A stretch of 64,000 nucleotides of DNA from Candidatus Xenobia bacterium (lineage in GTDB: Bacteria > Acidobacteriota > Terriglobia > Acidiferrales > 2-02-FULL-67-57), in assembly GCA_035573715.1 (NCBI GenBank), contig DATLZZ010000022.1, positions 3,829-67,828 on the forward strand, in the 5' to 3' direction. Within the stretch, counting starts at the first letter, position 1. Each line of letters begins with the position of its first letter. Under the pieces are notes generated by a model. That model searched no databases. It was not told the DNA's origin and was given only the letters and a program-made list of their open reading frames with translations. The translations under genes were made by a program, and so were the position numbers. Of this stretch, positions 18,635 to 27,783 are shown in pieces.

Positions 18635-20608
18635 ATGGCAGGCACGTCCACCCGCAGAGGACCTCGACTGAATCTCGCTTGGGGCGCAGCGCTTTCCCTG
18701 CTGGCTTTCGTGCTGAGTTTTCTGGCCGGTGCCGTGGTGTTGACTTTCGTTTTCGCCGCCCTGGCGGGCGGATTCCTGCTGGTGCTGGGCTGGAAGGCGG
18801 TGGCGGCCTGGCGCCAGCGCCTGCTCTGGCGCCTGCGCAACCGCCTGATTGTCACCTACGTCCTCTTCGGTTTCATCCCGGTGGTACTGCTGGCCCTGAT
18901 GGGCGTAATCGCCGGCTGGACGCTCTACGGCAAGGTGGCGATTTACCAGGTAACCACCGAGCTGGAGCGGGCGCAGGCGGAGTTGGCCGACGTGACCTCC
19001 GATGTCGCTTCCGCAGTGAGCATGGCCGCCGCCCTGGCGGGCGACCTGCGCCCGGAGGTGCAGGCGCGCCTCCTGGACGCTCACAAGGCGATGCTCGAGG
19101 AACATCTGCGCGACGCCGAAATCAGCGTCGTAGAAGCTTCCGGCACGGAGCTTCCCGCCTGGCTCCAGAACCAACGCTTCGCCGGCGTGGTTATCGGCGA
19201 GCGGGCGGAACTGTTGGCCACGCGCCCGGTGCGGGTCGCCGGGCGACCCCGGACCGTCGTGGCCCGCCTTCCTTTGAACGAGAACGTCCTGGCCTACCTC
19301 GGCCGCGAGGTCGGTCCAGTATCGGTGCAGACGCTGAGCGACGATTCCGGCCCCGGAGCGGCCCGACGCCCGTCCTATGTCGGCACCAGGACTTATTTCG
19401 TTCAGAGCGAAACGGTGGGGCGGCGGTCGTTGCCGCCGCCGGAAGGTTGGTGGGACGTCAGCCTGGCTCTGGCCGGAACGCAGCCCACGCACGTCTGGGA
19501 AACGGGCCAGGAAGGCCCGCCGCTGGTTCTCTTCGTCCAGTCGCGGCTGTCGGCGGTGCACGCGCAGTTGTCCTACGGCCTGGGCGAGTTCTCCGGCGTG
19601 CCGTTTACGGTCTTCACCGCTTTTGCCGTGCTGTTTCTGCTGCTCGAGTTCGTGGCGCTGCGCACCGGCATCCGGCTGACCCAGACCATCACCGCCACGG
19701 TCAACGATTTGCAGGAAGGAACGGAGAAGATTCAGGCCGGTGATTTCTCCCACCGCATCCGAACCCGCAGCCAGGATCAACTGAGCGGCCTGGCCTCGGC
19801 GTTCAACTCCATGACCGCTTCGATTGAGCGCCTGATTGCCGAGTCGCAGGAAAAGCAGCGTTTGCAGAACGAGTTGGAAATCGCCCGCCAGGTGCAGGAG
19901 CAGTTGTTCCCCAGTCAGGCGCCGCAACTGGCGACGCTGGAGGTGGTGGCGCGCTGCCGCCCGGCGCGAATCATCGGTGGGGACTACTTCGACTTCGGCC
20001 TGGCGGGCCCCGGGCAACTCATCTTCACCATCGGCGACGTCAGCGGCAAAGGCATCTCGGGCGCGCTGTTGATGGCGACCATTCAATCGGCGCTGCGCAG
20101 CGCCGTGTACGCCAGCCAGTTGGACGGCAGCCTGGCGCGCCTGAGCGTGGCCGAGTTGGTGTCGCGCGTCAACCGCCAGCTCTGCGCCACCACCAGTCCG
20201 GAGAAATACTCCACGCTCTTCATCGGCTACTACGATGATGCCTCCCGCCGGCTCACCTACTGCAACGCCGGCCATCTCCCGCCGGTCGTTTTCGGTTCCG
20301 GCCGCATCGAAGAGTTGAACACCGGCGGGCCGGTGGTGGGGTTGTTCCGCGAGGCGACCTACGAGCAGGCAACCGTGGAGTTGCGCTCGGGCGATTGGCT
20401 GGCCGCCTTCACCGATGGACTCACGGAAGTCGAGAACGCCTACGAGGAAGAGTTCGGCACCCAGCGCCTGCTGGCGTTTGTCCAGCGCACGGCCGACGGC
20501 GCGACTCCCGAGCGCCTGGTCGAGCTGACGCTGGCCGAGCTGGAGGTGTGGGCGCCGGGAGTCGAGCCCAGCGACGACCGCACGTTGCTGGTGGCGCGAG
20601 TGCGCTGA
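18635..20608 (+). CDS. Membrane-bound HAMP domain plus PP2C (SpoIIE/RsbU-type) protein phosphatase
   Basis: TM segments and a HAMP segment (TV.DL..G...I..GDFSHRI). PP2C motifs GGDYFDF, IGDVSGKG, TDGL.E, DD.TLLV. TTG at 18608 is the alternative start. Confidence 0.85.
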   Translation: MAGTSTRRGPRLNLAWGAALSLLAFVLSFLAGAVVLTFVFAALAGGFLLVLGWKAVAAWRQRLLWRLRNRLIVTYVLFGFIPVVLLALMGVIAGWTLYGKVAIYQVTTELERAQAELADVTSDVASAVSMAAALAGDLRPEVQARLLDAHKAMLEEHLRDAEISVVEASGTELPAWLQNQRFAGVVIGERAELLATRPVRVAGRPRTVVARLPLNENVLAYLGREVGPVSVQTLSDDSGPGAARRPSYVGTRTYFVQSETVGRRSLPPPEGWWDVSLALAGTQPTHVWETGQEGPPLVLFVQSRLSAVHAQLSYGLGEFSGVPFTVFTAFAVLFLLLEFVALRTGIRLTQTITATVNDLQEGTEKIQAGDFSHRIRTRSQDQLSGLASAFNSMTASIERLIAESQEKQRLQNELEIARQVQEQLFPSQAPQLATLEVVARCRPARIIGGDYFDFGLAGPGQLIFTIGDVSGKGISGALLMATIQSALRSAVYASQLDGSLARLSVAELVSRVNRQLCATTSPEKYSTLFIGYYDDASRRLTYCNAGHLPPVVFGSGRIEELNTGGPVVGLFREATYEQATVELRSGDWLAAFTDGLTEVENAYEEEFGTQRLLAFVQRTADGATPERLVELTLAELEVWAPGVEPSDDRTLLVARVR

Positions 20609-20616
20609 AAAAGCTC

Positions 20617-20625
20617 TGGTATACT
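20617..20625 (+). promoter_or_regulatory. Extended -10 element TGGTATACT
   Basis: TGnTAnAnT pattern about 50 nt upstream of the SDR gene. Confidence 0.35.
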
Positions 20626-20677
20626 TTCGCCGGCGTTCAGCGGCTGAGCAGACGCCGCGATTCCAGGAGTGTGCTCC

Positions 20678-21421
20678 TTGTCACTGGCTCATCGCGCAGT
20701 CTTGATCACCGGCGCCGGGCGCGGCCTGGGGCGGGGAATTGCGCTGTCACTCGCGGCGGAAGGAATGCGGCTGGCGCTGTGCTATCGCGGCAACCGCACC
20801 GCCGCCCAGCAGACCGCCCGCCAGATTCAGAGCCTGGGCGCGGAAGCGCTGGTGCTGCAGGCCGACGTCACCGTGCCGGCCCAGGTGCAGAAGCTGGTTG
20901 CTGGCACCCTCAAGCACTTCGGTCGCATCGACGTGCTCATCAACAACGTGGGCGAGTTCAGTTGGCAGCCGGTGAGCGAGAGCGCCATCGAGGAGTGGGA
21001 GAAGGTCTTCGAGTCGAACCTGTTCAGCGCCTTCTACATGAGCCGGGAAGTGCTGCCGGTGATGCGGCGGCAGCGCTGGGGCCGCATCGTCAACCTGGGC
21101 GCGGTGGGCGCCGAGCGCGCCTTCGGCCAGGCGAAAATCTCCGCCTACTCGGCGGCCAAGGCCGCCCTGGTGGCTTTCACGCGCTCGCTGGCCATCGAGG
21201 AGGCCCGCTACGGCATCACCGTCAACGTCGTCAACCCCTCGATTGTGGATGACCAGACGCTCACCCGCGAAGATGCCGAGCGCATCAAGGACACCCGCTT
21301 TCCCATCGGCCGGCCGCCTTCGGCCGAGGACGTGGCCGCCGCCATCAAGTTCTTTCTCTCCGAGGATGCCGCCTACACCACCGGTCAGGTGCTCACCGTC
21401 AGCGGCGGGTGGATGCTGTGA
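20678..21421 (+). CDS. SDR-family oxidoreductase (FabG-like)
   Basis: TGAGRGLG cofactor motif, NNVG, Y-x3-K (YSAAK). TTG at 20678 lies 8 nt after AGGAG. GTG at 20669 is the alternative start. Confidence 0.8.
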   Translation: MSLAHRAVLITGAGRGLGRGIALSLAAEGMRLALCYRGNRTAAQQTARQIQSLGAEALVLQADVTVPAQVQKLVAGTLKHFGRIDVLINNVGEFSWQPVSESAIEEWEKVFESNLFSAFYMSREVLPVMRRQRWGRIVNLGAVGAERAFGQAKISAYSAAKAALVAFTRSLAIEEARYGITVNVVNPSIVDDQTLTREDAERIKDTRFPIGRPPSAEDVAAAIKFFLSEDAAYTTGQVLTVSGGWML

Positions 21422-21451
21422 GTTGGCTCGCGGCTTAGTCCGGTTCCGACA

Positions 21452-23080
21452 ATGAAGATTCTCACTGCCGACGAGATGCGCGGCGTAGATCGCCGGACCA
21501 CCGAGCAGGCCGGCGTGTCCTACCGGCAATTGATGGAGAACGCCGGGCGGCAGGTGGCGGACTTCATCATCGAAGAAGTTCTGATGGAGCGCTCGCGGGG
21601 CGACCGTCCGGTGGCCATTTCGATTCTCTGCGGCAAAGGCAACAATGGCGGCGACGCTCTGGTGGCGGCGCGGCATCTCTGGGAGCGCGGGTTCAAGCCG
21701 CGCGTCTGCCTGCTGGCGCCGGCGGCGGAGCTGAAAGGCGATGCGCGGGCCAACTACGAGGCCTATCTCGAGTTGGGCGCGACCGTTCAAGAGTTGTCCG
21801 ACCCCGCCGCCTGGCAGCGCGAACGCAACGCGGTGCTCGATTGCGACATCGTCGTGGATGGACTCCTGGGCACCGGATTGACCGGTGCGGTTCAAGGACA
21901 CCTGGCCCAAGTCATCGCCGATGTGAACGCGCGCCGCGATTACCGCGTGGTGGCGGTGGACATTCCCTCCGGTTTGCCGTCCGATTCCGGCGCGCCGCTG
22001 GGTGACTCCATTCGCGCCGATGCCACCGTCACTTTCACCGCGCCCAAGCGCGGCCAGATTTTTCCGCCGAGCTGCACTCGCGTAGGCCGGCTGGCGGTGG
22101 CGCCCATCGGAACGCCGGAGGCGCTGCTGGAGAACGATCCCAACCTCTGGTTGAACCTGATCGTCGCACGTGACTTCTCGCGTGTAGCCCATGCTCGTAA
22201 GCCGTGGGCGCACAAGGGCGACTACGGCCATGTCCTGTTGGTGGCCGGCTCGCGGGGCAAGAGCGGCGCCGCCGCTTTGGGCGGCAAAGCGGCGCTGCGC
22301 ATGGGCGCCGGTCTCGCAACTGTGGCTACGGCCGCTTCCATCCAGCCGGTGGTGGCTTCGATGGTCGCCGAAGTGATGACCGAGCCGCTGCCGGAAACCG
22401 AGAGCAGCTCCATCTCCAATCGCGCGCTGGACTACGGCCGCTTCGCCAAACTGCTGGAGGGCAAGTCGGTGCTGGCCATGGGACCAGGCTTGACGACGCA
22501 TCCGGAGACTGCGCAGTTCGTGCGCGCCGTGCTGGAGCAGTTCGAGATTCCGCTGGTGCTGGATGCCGATGCGCTCAACGCGCTTGTGGGGCAACTCGAA
22601 GTCCTGCGCCGGCGAAAGTCTCGGCTGGTGGTTCTTACGCCGCATCCTGGCGAGATGGCCCGGCTGCTCGGAACCACCAGCGACGACGTGCAGCGCCAAC
22701 GGGTCGAGGTGGCACAAAAATTTGCCCGCGACTTCGACGTTTTTGTTATCCTCAAGGGCCATCGTACCTTGCTGGCGGCTCCGGACGGGCAGGTGTGGGT
22801 GAATCCCACCGGCAATCCGGGAATGGCGACGGGCGGCAGCGGCGATGTGCTGACGGGACTGGTGGCTGGGGCGCTGGCGCAGTTCCCGGCGGCGAAGCCG
22901 GCGGAGGCGCTTGGCTTGGCGGTTTTTCTGCACGGATTGGCCGGCGATGCCGCCGCCGGCGCGCTGGGCGAGCAAGCAATGATCGCCTCCGACATTCTCG
23001 AGGCCCTCCCGCGCGCCTGGCTGTGGTTGCGAGACCGACTTGAGGCGGACGATCCAGGTCGTTACTACCTCGTCCCCTGA
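21452..23080 (+). CDS. nnr: Bifunctional NAD(P)H-hydrate repair enzyme (epimerase / ADP-dependent dehydratase)
   Basis: YjeF-N domain (GKGNNGGD) plus YjeF-C carbohydrate-kinase domain (GPG.., GSGDVL.G). Confidence 0.9.
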   Translation: MKILTADEMRGVDRRTTEQAGVSYRQLMENAGRQVADFIIEEVLMERSRGDRPVAISILCGKGNNGGDALVAARHLWERGFKPRVCLLAPAAELKGDARANYEAYLELGATVQELSDPAAWQRERNAVLDCDIVVDGLLGTGLTGAVQGHLAQVIADVNARRDYRVVAVDIPSGLPSDSGAPLGDSIRADATVTFTAPKRGQIFPPSCTRVGRLAVAPIGTPEALLENDPNLWLNLIVARDFSRVAHARKPWAHKGDYGHVLLVAGSRGKSGAAALGGKAALRMGAGLATVATAASIQPVVASMVAEVMTEPLPETESSSISNRALDYGRFAKLLEGKSVLAMGPGLTTHPETAQFVRAVLEQFEIPLVLDADALNALVGQLEVLRRRKSRLVVLTPHPGEMARLLGTTSDDVQRQRVEVAQKFARDFDVFVILKGHRTLLAAPDGQVWVNPTGNPGMATGGSGDVLTGLVAGALAQFPAAKPAEALGLAVFLHGLAGDAAAGALGEQAMIASDILEALPRAWLWLRDRLEADDPGRYYLVP

Positions 23081-23483
23081 GGAGACCGCGGCGCTGGGCC
23101 GGGAACTGGCGGCCCGGCTGCGGGCCCCGGCGCTGGTGCTGCTCTCGGGCGACCTGGGCGCGGGCAAGACCACGCTGGTGAAAGGGCTGGCCAGCGGGCT
23201 CGGGCTGGCGGAGGCGGAGGAAGTCACCAGCCCGTCGTTCGTGTTCGTGCATGTGTACGGAAGTCGGCCGCGGCTCTACCATGTGGACCTCTACCGCGTG
23301 GAGGGAGTCGCCGACCTGGAGTCGTTGGGCCTGGAAGACCTGATGGCGGAAGAGGCCATCGTTGTGGTGGAATGGGCGGAGCGGTTGAAGTTGCCGGCGC
23401 TGCGACCGGCAATGAGGATTCAGATTGAAGCAGTGTCGGACGTCGAACGTCGAATTCGCGTGGAAGGCGGCAATGATGACTAA
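23040..23483 (+). CDS. tsaE: tRNA t6A biosynthesis ATPase TsaE
   Basis: L.GDLGAGKTT..KG P-loop, SPSF..V..Y, H.DLYR. Start codon uncertain because it overlaps the end of nnr. Confidence 0.8.
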   Translation: MRRTIQVVTTSSPEETAALGRELAARLRAPALVLLSGDLGAGKTTLVKGLASGLGLAEAEEVTSPSFVFVHVYGSRPRLYHVDLYRVEGVADLESLGLEDLMAEEAIVVVEWAERLKLPALRPAMRIQIEAVSDVERRIRVEGGNDD

Positions 23484-24120
23484 GTCAAAGAATCGGTACC
23501 GGGCAGTTTGCGTTCTGCTGGCGGCGGGAGTGCTGGCGGCTTGCGGTGGCGCGCCCAAGGCGCAGTACTACACATTGTCGAGCGCGCCTTCGGGCTCGGG
23601 CTCGTCGGGCTCGACGTCGGCCGCGGTCGGCGTCGCGGCGCCCCGCGCTTCTCACATGCTGCGCCAGGACCGCGTCGTTTATTTCACCGCAGAGAACGAG
23701 CTGAACTACTACGCCAACCATCGCTGGGCCGATACGCCCCCGCGGCTGGTACAAACGCAGATCATGAAGCAACTGAACACCTCCGGCCTGTTCGGCAACG
23801 TGGTCGCCTATCGGGCGCAAAAGGGGCTCGATTACGTGCTTCGCGGCCGCCTGCTGGCCATGGAGGAAGTCGACACGGCGACCGACATCAAAGCCCGCTT
23901 CGGCCTCGAGCTCGAACTGGTGCGCGAAGAAGATGGGCTCGTGGTCTGGACGGGCCGGCACGGTTGCGAGCGGCCGGTGGGCGTCAAGAGCGTCGGCGCC
24001 GTGGTTGACACCCTGAACGGCTGCGTGCAGGAGACGCTCGGAGAACTCACCCGTTCCCTGGGTGCCGTGCTGCCGGACGTGGAAGCGGCCCGTAAGGCGG
24101 AGGCAAAAACCAAGCCATGA
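23473..24120 (+). CDS. PqiC/YmbA-like (DUF330) transport-auxiliary lipoprotein, orphan
   Basis: Lipobox LAACGG, YYTL motif just after the signal sequence, about 200 aa. Confidence 0.5.
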   Translation: MMTKSKNRYRAVCVLLAAGVLAACGGAPKAQYYTLSSAPSGSGSSGSTSAAVGVAAPRASHMLRQDRVVYFTAENELNYYANHRWADTPPRLVQTQIMKQLNTSGLFGNVVAYRAQKGLDYVLRGRLLAMEEVDTATDIKARFGLELELVREEDGLVVWTGRHGCERPVGVKSVGAVVDTLNGCVQETLGELTRSLGAVLPDVEAARKAEAKTKP

Positions 24121-24923
24121 GCTCGGCCCCTGCGTGGGCGCTGATTCTCGGCGCCTCCAGCGGTTTTGGTGAGGCCACCGCGATTGAGCTGGCGCGCGTG
24201 GGGATGAACATCTTCGGCGTTCACCTCGACCGCAAAGCCACGATGCCCCACGTGGAAGAAGTCATGGGCAAGATCCGCGCTCATGGCCGCGAGGCTGTTT
24301 TCTTCAACGCCAATGCCGCCGACGCCGAGACCCGCGGCAACATCCTCCGGCAAATCGAAACCAAGCTGAAAGAGTCCTCGCCGCCCGGCACCGTGCGCGT
24401 GCTGTTCCACTCGCTGGCCTTCGGCACCTTGAAGCCGTATGTCAGCGACGTCGCCGGCGGCGCCGTCGACCAGAAGCAAATGGAAATGACCGTGGACGTG
24501 ATGGGCCACAGCCTGGTCTACTGGACTCAGGACCTCGTGCATCGCGGTTTGATGACCTCCGGCGGGCGCATCTACGCCATGACGAGCTCGGGCGGCACGC
24601 GCGTCATCCCGAGCTACGGCCCCGTGTCGGCCGCCAAAGCCGTGCTCGAATCCCACATCCGTCAACTGGCGATGGAGCTGGCGCCCAAGGGCATCACCGC
24701 CAACGCCCTCCGCGCCGGCGTCACCGATACGCCCGCGCTGCGGAAGATTCCCGGCAACGAGCTTCTGCTGGAAGGCGCCCGCCGCAAAAACCCTCACAAG
24801 CGCCTGACCACGCCCGCCGATGTCGCCGCCGCGGTCGGCGTTCTTTGCCACCCCAACACACACTGGATCACTGGCAACGTAATCGGGGTCGACGGCGGCG
24901 AAGATATCGTCGAGGTCAGTTGA
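24117..24923 (+). CDS. SDR-family reductase, FabL-like enoyl-ACP reductase candidate
   Basis: GASSGFG, Y-x6-K, and a C-terminal G.TDT.AL...P..E.L.E.AR..P..R....DV block resembling B. subtilis FabL. Confidence 0.55.
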   Translation: MSSAPAWALILGASSGFGEATAIELARVGMNIFGVHLDRKATMPHVEEVMGKIRAHGREAVFFNANAADAETRGNILRQIETKLKESSPPGTVRVLFHSLAFGTLKPYVSDVAGGAVDQKQMEMTVDVMGHSLVYWTQDLVHRGLMTSGGRIYAMTSSGGTRVIPSYGPVSAAKAVLESHIRQLAMELAPKGITANALRAGVTDTPALRKIPGNELLLEGARRKNPHKRLTTPADVAAAVGVLCHPNTHWITGNVIGVDGGEDIVEVS

Positions 24924-25134
24924 GCGCGTCCCGCAGCAACAGGTAGGCCCCATACAGCAGCGGTGCCAGGAAGGCAATCAGCAAGACCAGCGCCACGACC
25001 CGGAAGCTCAGCCTCCGCAAGTCGGGCGGCTCCCGGAGCGCCGCCGGGTCGTGCTCCCAGCAGAACATGGTGCCGTCTTCGGCATCGCGCGGGCAGCGGC
25101 GCCCGCGGGCATCGAGATAGAGGCACTGCGGCAT
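24916..25134 (-). CDS. Small tail-anchored membrane protein with an N-terminal C-x9-C-x10-C-x2-H motif
   Basis: 72 aa, high GC3, GGGGGA 8 nt before the ATG, one C-terminal TM segment. Motif is shared with the protein at 57980-58501. Confidence 0.5.
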   Translation of the reverse strand: MPQCLYLDARGRRCPRDAEDGTMFCWEHDPAALREPPDLRRLSFRVVALVLLIAFLAPLLYGAYLLLRDALN

Positions 25135-25167
25135 TCGTGAATTCCCCCAGCCAGCCTACCACGACTG

Positions 25168-25176
25168 TGTTATAGT
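25168..25176 (+). promoter_or_regulatory. Extended -10 element TGTTATAGT upstream of the 818-aa gene
   Basis: Read by eye. Lies 26 nt before the ATG at 25202. Confidence 0.35.
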
Positions 25177-25201
25177 CGAACGCCACTCTTCCCGAGAAGC
25201 A

Positions 25202-27658
25202 ATGGGCTCTGCCGAACAAGCTTCGGGTGGCCTGGTGCCGCATATGCCGTCGCTGGAGCTCAACCAGCTCAGCGTCGGCATCGACAACATCCGCTTCGAC
25301 GTCTTCCTCAGCCCCAGTTGGCGCGAGCAGGCCGGCCAGTACCTCTTCGAGCAGATCCTGCATTACGCGCAGCCCATGCTGCGCGACCTCTACCCCAGCG
25401 ACGCGCGCACCCGCAGCGCTACCGCCGCCGAATTCCGCCGCCGCACCACGCAGCTTCTGCAGGAAGCCCTGAGTCAGGCCAAGGAGCGCAGCAACGTCCA
25501 GGTCGACCTGCTGGCGCGCGTGGCCGTGACCAAGTGGCTGATTGGGGAACTGTCGCGCCAGTTTTCCCAGTTGGCCATCGCCTGCAAGGAGAAAGTGGAG
25601 AAAAAGGGCAGCGTGCGCGTCGGCGACAACATGGACCTTTTCGTGCAGCGCTCCAAAGTAGCCGACTTTCAGGCCAGCCGGCGCCCGATCCTGCGCGCTG
25701 TCGGCGAAGCACTCTCTCAGGTTCTGCTGGAGATTGAAGAGAGCACCTTGCAGCCCAGCCGCACGGCCTTGCTGGGCTCGAGCTTCGCGGAGACCTATCA
25801 GGTCTTTCGCAACCGGATGATCTTTGCCGAGAACCCGAATGACGCCGTCATCCATCTTGAGCATTACGTGATGCTCGGCCATTTCCAGACCGACGCCGAC
25901 CGGGAAGACCTGGTGGTGGATGTTCTGGCGCAACTGCTGCGCGAGCGCGGGCTGGCGCTGCCGGAAGGCGACGAGTTGGCGCGGCTCGAGCAGCAGCGCG
26001 ACAAGATTGTCGACTCCCTCCAGGAGCTCAACCGCCGCCTGCGCGAGGCCGAGCAGGAACTGGAGGAGCTCACCGGCGGCCGGAGCCACGGCCTGGGCCT
26101 GAGCTGGCTCGGCGGCCGCCGCCGCACTGCCCGGCCCGGCGTCACGCAGAAGGACGCCGAGCGGATGGTGAGAGTCTTTGAGGAAACCCGTGCGGAGCTG
26201 GTCAAGCAGGTGGAAGAGCTGGAAGCCAAGATTGCCTTCCATCGCCAGCGGCAGGAAGCGCGTCTGAGCGAAGTCCTGAGCAACCCGGATAACGCCGAGC
26301 GCCTGTTCGGCGCGCTCACGCCCAGCGGCACCATGGCGGCCAAGACGCCCCAGCAGGAATCGATGCTCCGGCAGTTGTACGCGCAGCTCGAGCGCGCAGG
26401 CATGCTTCCCTATATTCTCTCGAGCTACCTCTTGAAGCCGGTGTACAAGGAGTTCTGCCCGCCGCTCAACCCGCAGCAACTCAAGCACGCTTTGGTTGAC
26501 CGCCACGGCTGGGATGAGCTCGAAACTCTGCTCGACCGCTTTCCCACCAAGAACTTTCCGCTCGACCTGCTGGAAGACGTCGGCCACCGCCTGCGCCACT
26601 TGACCCGCAGCGAAGCCGAAACCCTCCTGCTGCGCTTTGCCCGCGACTTGATGCGCCTGCGCCGCGACGCGCTCCTGCGCCAGCTTCTCGCCGCCACCAT
26701 GGACAAGGTCAACCTGGTGGTGGACGAAAAGACGCGCCACGTCTCCCATCTCAACGGCAGCCTGTACGAGTTCGTTCTGGAGTCGGAGCGGGAAGCGCGC
26801 GAGGAGCGCGTGGTCACGCACGTCGTCGTCAAGGCCGACGTGCGCGAATCCTCGCGCATCACCGAAGAACTCCTGCGGCGCGGCCTGAATCCAGCCACGC
26901 ATTTCAGTCTCAACTTCTACGAGCCGGTGCGCAAGCTGCTCGACCAGTACTCGGCGGCGAAGATTTTCATCGAGGGTGATGCCTTGATTCTCGGCATCTA
27001 CGAGACCGAAACCAACCGCGCCTACCATCGGCCGGTCGCCAAGGCCTGCCTGCTGGCCAAGGAAATCATCCGCGTCTGCCAGGCCTACAACGACCGCGCC
27101 CGCGCCAACGAGCTGCCGATTCTCGAGCTGGGCATCGGCATCGCCTATCAGAACTCGCCGCCGCACTACTGGGCCGACGGCGAGTCGCGCATCCTGATCT
27201 CCGCCGCGCTGAACAACTCCGACCGCCTGGCCAGTTGCACGCGCCTGGCGCGCAAGCTGCTGGCCGAACCGAACGGTCCCTTCCGCGTCTATTGCTTTCA
27301 GGGCGCTCCTTCGTTCGGCGGTGCCGAGGACGAAGAGGAGTTCTTTCTCCAGTACAACGTCATGGGCGTGGCGCTGAACCCGGAGGGCTTTCGCAAGCTG
27401 CAGGAAGAAATCTCGCTCAACCGCTCCGCGCTGCGCGGCGACCTCCTCGGGCAGAAGGAAGAGGTGGCGCTCTATTCCGGCACCGTGCCGCTCGGGCAGA
27501 GTTTTGAAAAGCTCATCATCCGCGAAGCCCGCGTGCCGCGCCTGCGACTTCCAGAGCGAAAGATCGAGGACTGGACCGAGCGCCTCTACTACGAAGTCTG
27601 CGTCACGCCTCAGCTCTACGAGCAGACCGCGACCGAAGCGGCGACCGCCAAGGCCTAG
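25202..27658 (+). CDS. Large helical/coiled-coil protein with a divergent C-terminal class III nucleotidyl cyclase-like domain
   Basis: Hand alignment to cyclase homology domains: VVVKADVRES / IFIEGDALILG / LELGIGIAYQ / ISAALNNSDRL. The N-terminal 520 aa or so is unrecognised. Confidence 0.5.
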   Translation: MGSAEQASGGLVPHMPSLELNQLSVGIDNIRFDVFLSPSWREQAGQYLFEQILHYAQPMLRDLYPSDARTRSATAAEFRRRTTQLLQEALSQAKERSNVQVDLLARVAVTKWLIGELSRQFSQLAIACKEKVEKKGSVRVGDNMDLFVQRSKVADFQASRRPILRAVGEALSQVLLEIEESTLQPSRTALLGSSFAETYQVFRNRMIFAENPNDAVIHLEHYVMLGHFQTDADREDLVVDVLAQLLRERGLALPEGDELARLEQQRDKIVDSLQELNRRLREAEQELEELTGGRSHGLGLSWLGGRRRTARPGVTQKDAERMVRVFEETRAELVKQVEELEAKIAFHRQRQEARLSEVLSNPDNAERLFGALTPSGTMAAKTPQQESMLRQLYAQLERAGMLPYILSSYLLKPVYKEFCPPLNPQQLKHALVDRHGWDELETLLDRFPTKNFPLDLLEDVGHRLRHLTRSEAETLLLRFARDLMRLRRDALLRQLLAATMDKVNLVVDEKTRHVSHLNGSLYEFVLESEREAREERVVTHVVVKADVRESSRITEELLRRGLNPATHFSLNFYEPVRKLLDQYSAAKIFIEGDALILGIYETETNRAYHRPVAKACLLAKEIIRVCQAYNDRARANELPILELGIGIAYQNSPPHYWADGESRILISAALNNSDRLASCTRLARKLLAEPNGPFRVYCFQGAPSFGGAEDEEEFFLQYNVMGVALNPEGFRKLQEEISLNRSALRGDLLGQKEEVALYSGTVPLGQSFEKLIIREARVPRLRLPERKIEDWTERLYYEVCVTPQLYEQTATEAATAKA

Positions 27659-27674
27659 GCTATAATTCCTCCGA

Positions 27675-27774
27675 GGAGGGGTGCAGGGTCCGGTGATCCT
27701 CCCGGCCTTCAAAGCCGGCGGTCCTTCGGCGCACGCCGGGGGACGATGGGTTCGACTCCCATACCCTTCCGCCA
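27675..27774 (+). tRNA. selC: tRNA-Sec (anticodon UCA), CCA encoded
   Basis: 8-bp acceptor stem, 6-bp D stem with a 4-nt loop, CTTCAAA anticodon loop, variable arm of 9-10 bp, 5-bp T stem. Classic bacterial 8/5 tRNA-Sec. Confidence 0.9.
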
Positions 27775-27783
27775 CTCGCGGCC

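Noticed and set aside
20631-20657. Hairpin CGGCGT...ACGCCG after the phosphatase gene, considered as a terminator
   Set aside because: There is no T-tract, and it lies downstream of the predicted -10 of the next gene. It could equally be a 5'-UTR structure. The evidence is insufficient to call.
20747-23227. 826-aa minus-strand ORF
   Set aside because: Antisense shadow of the SDR, nnr and tsaE genes, which all have clear family motifs.
24916-27658. Pycsar-like defence system (cyclase plus small TM effector)
   Set aside because: The two genes are divergent rather than co-oriented. The 72-aa protein has no cyclic-nucleotide-binding domain. The cyclase-like protein is far larger than known PycC enzymes. 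Nothing else defence-like is adjacent.
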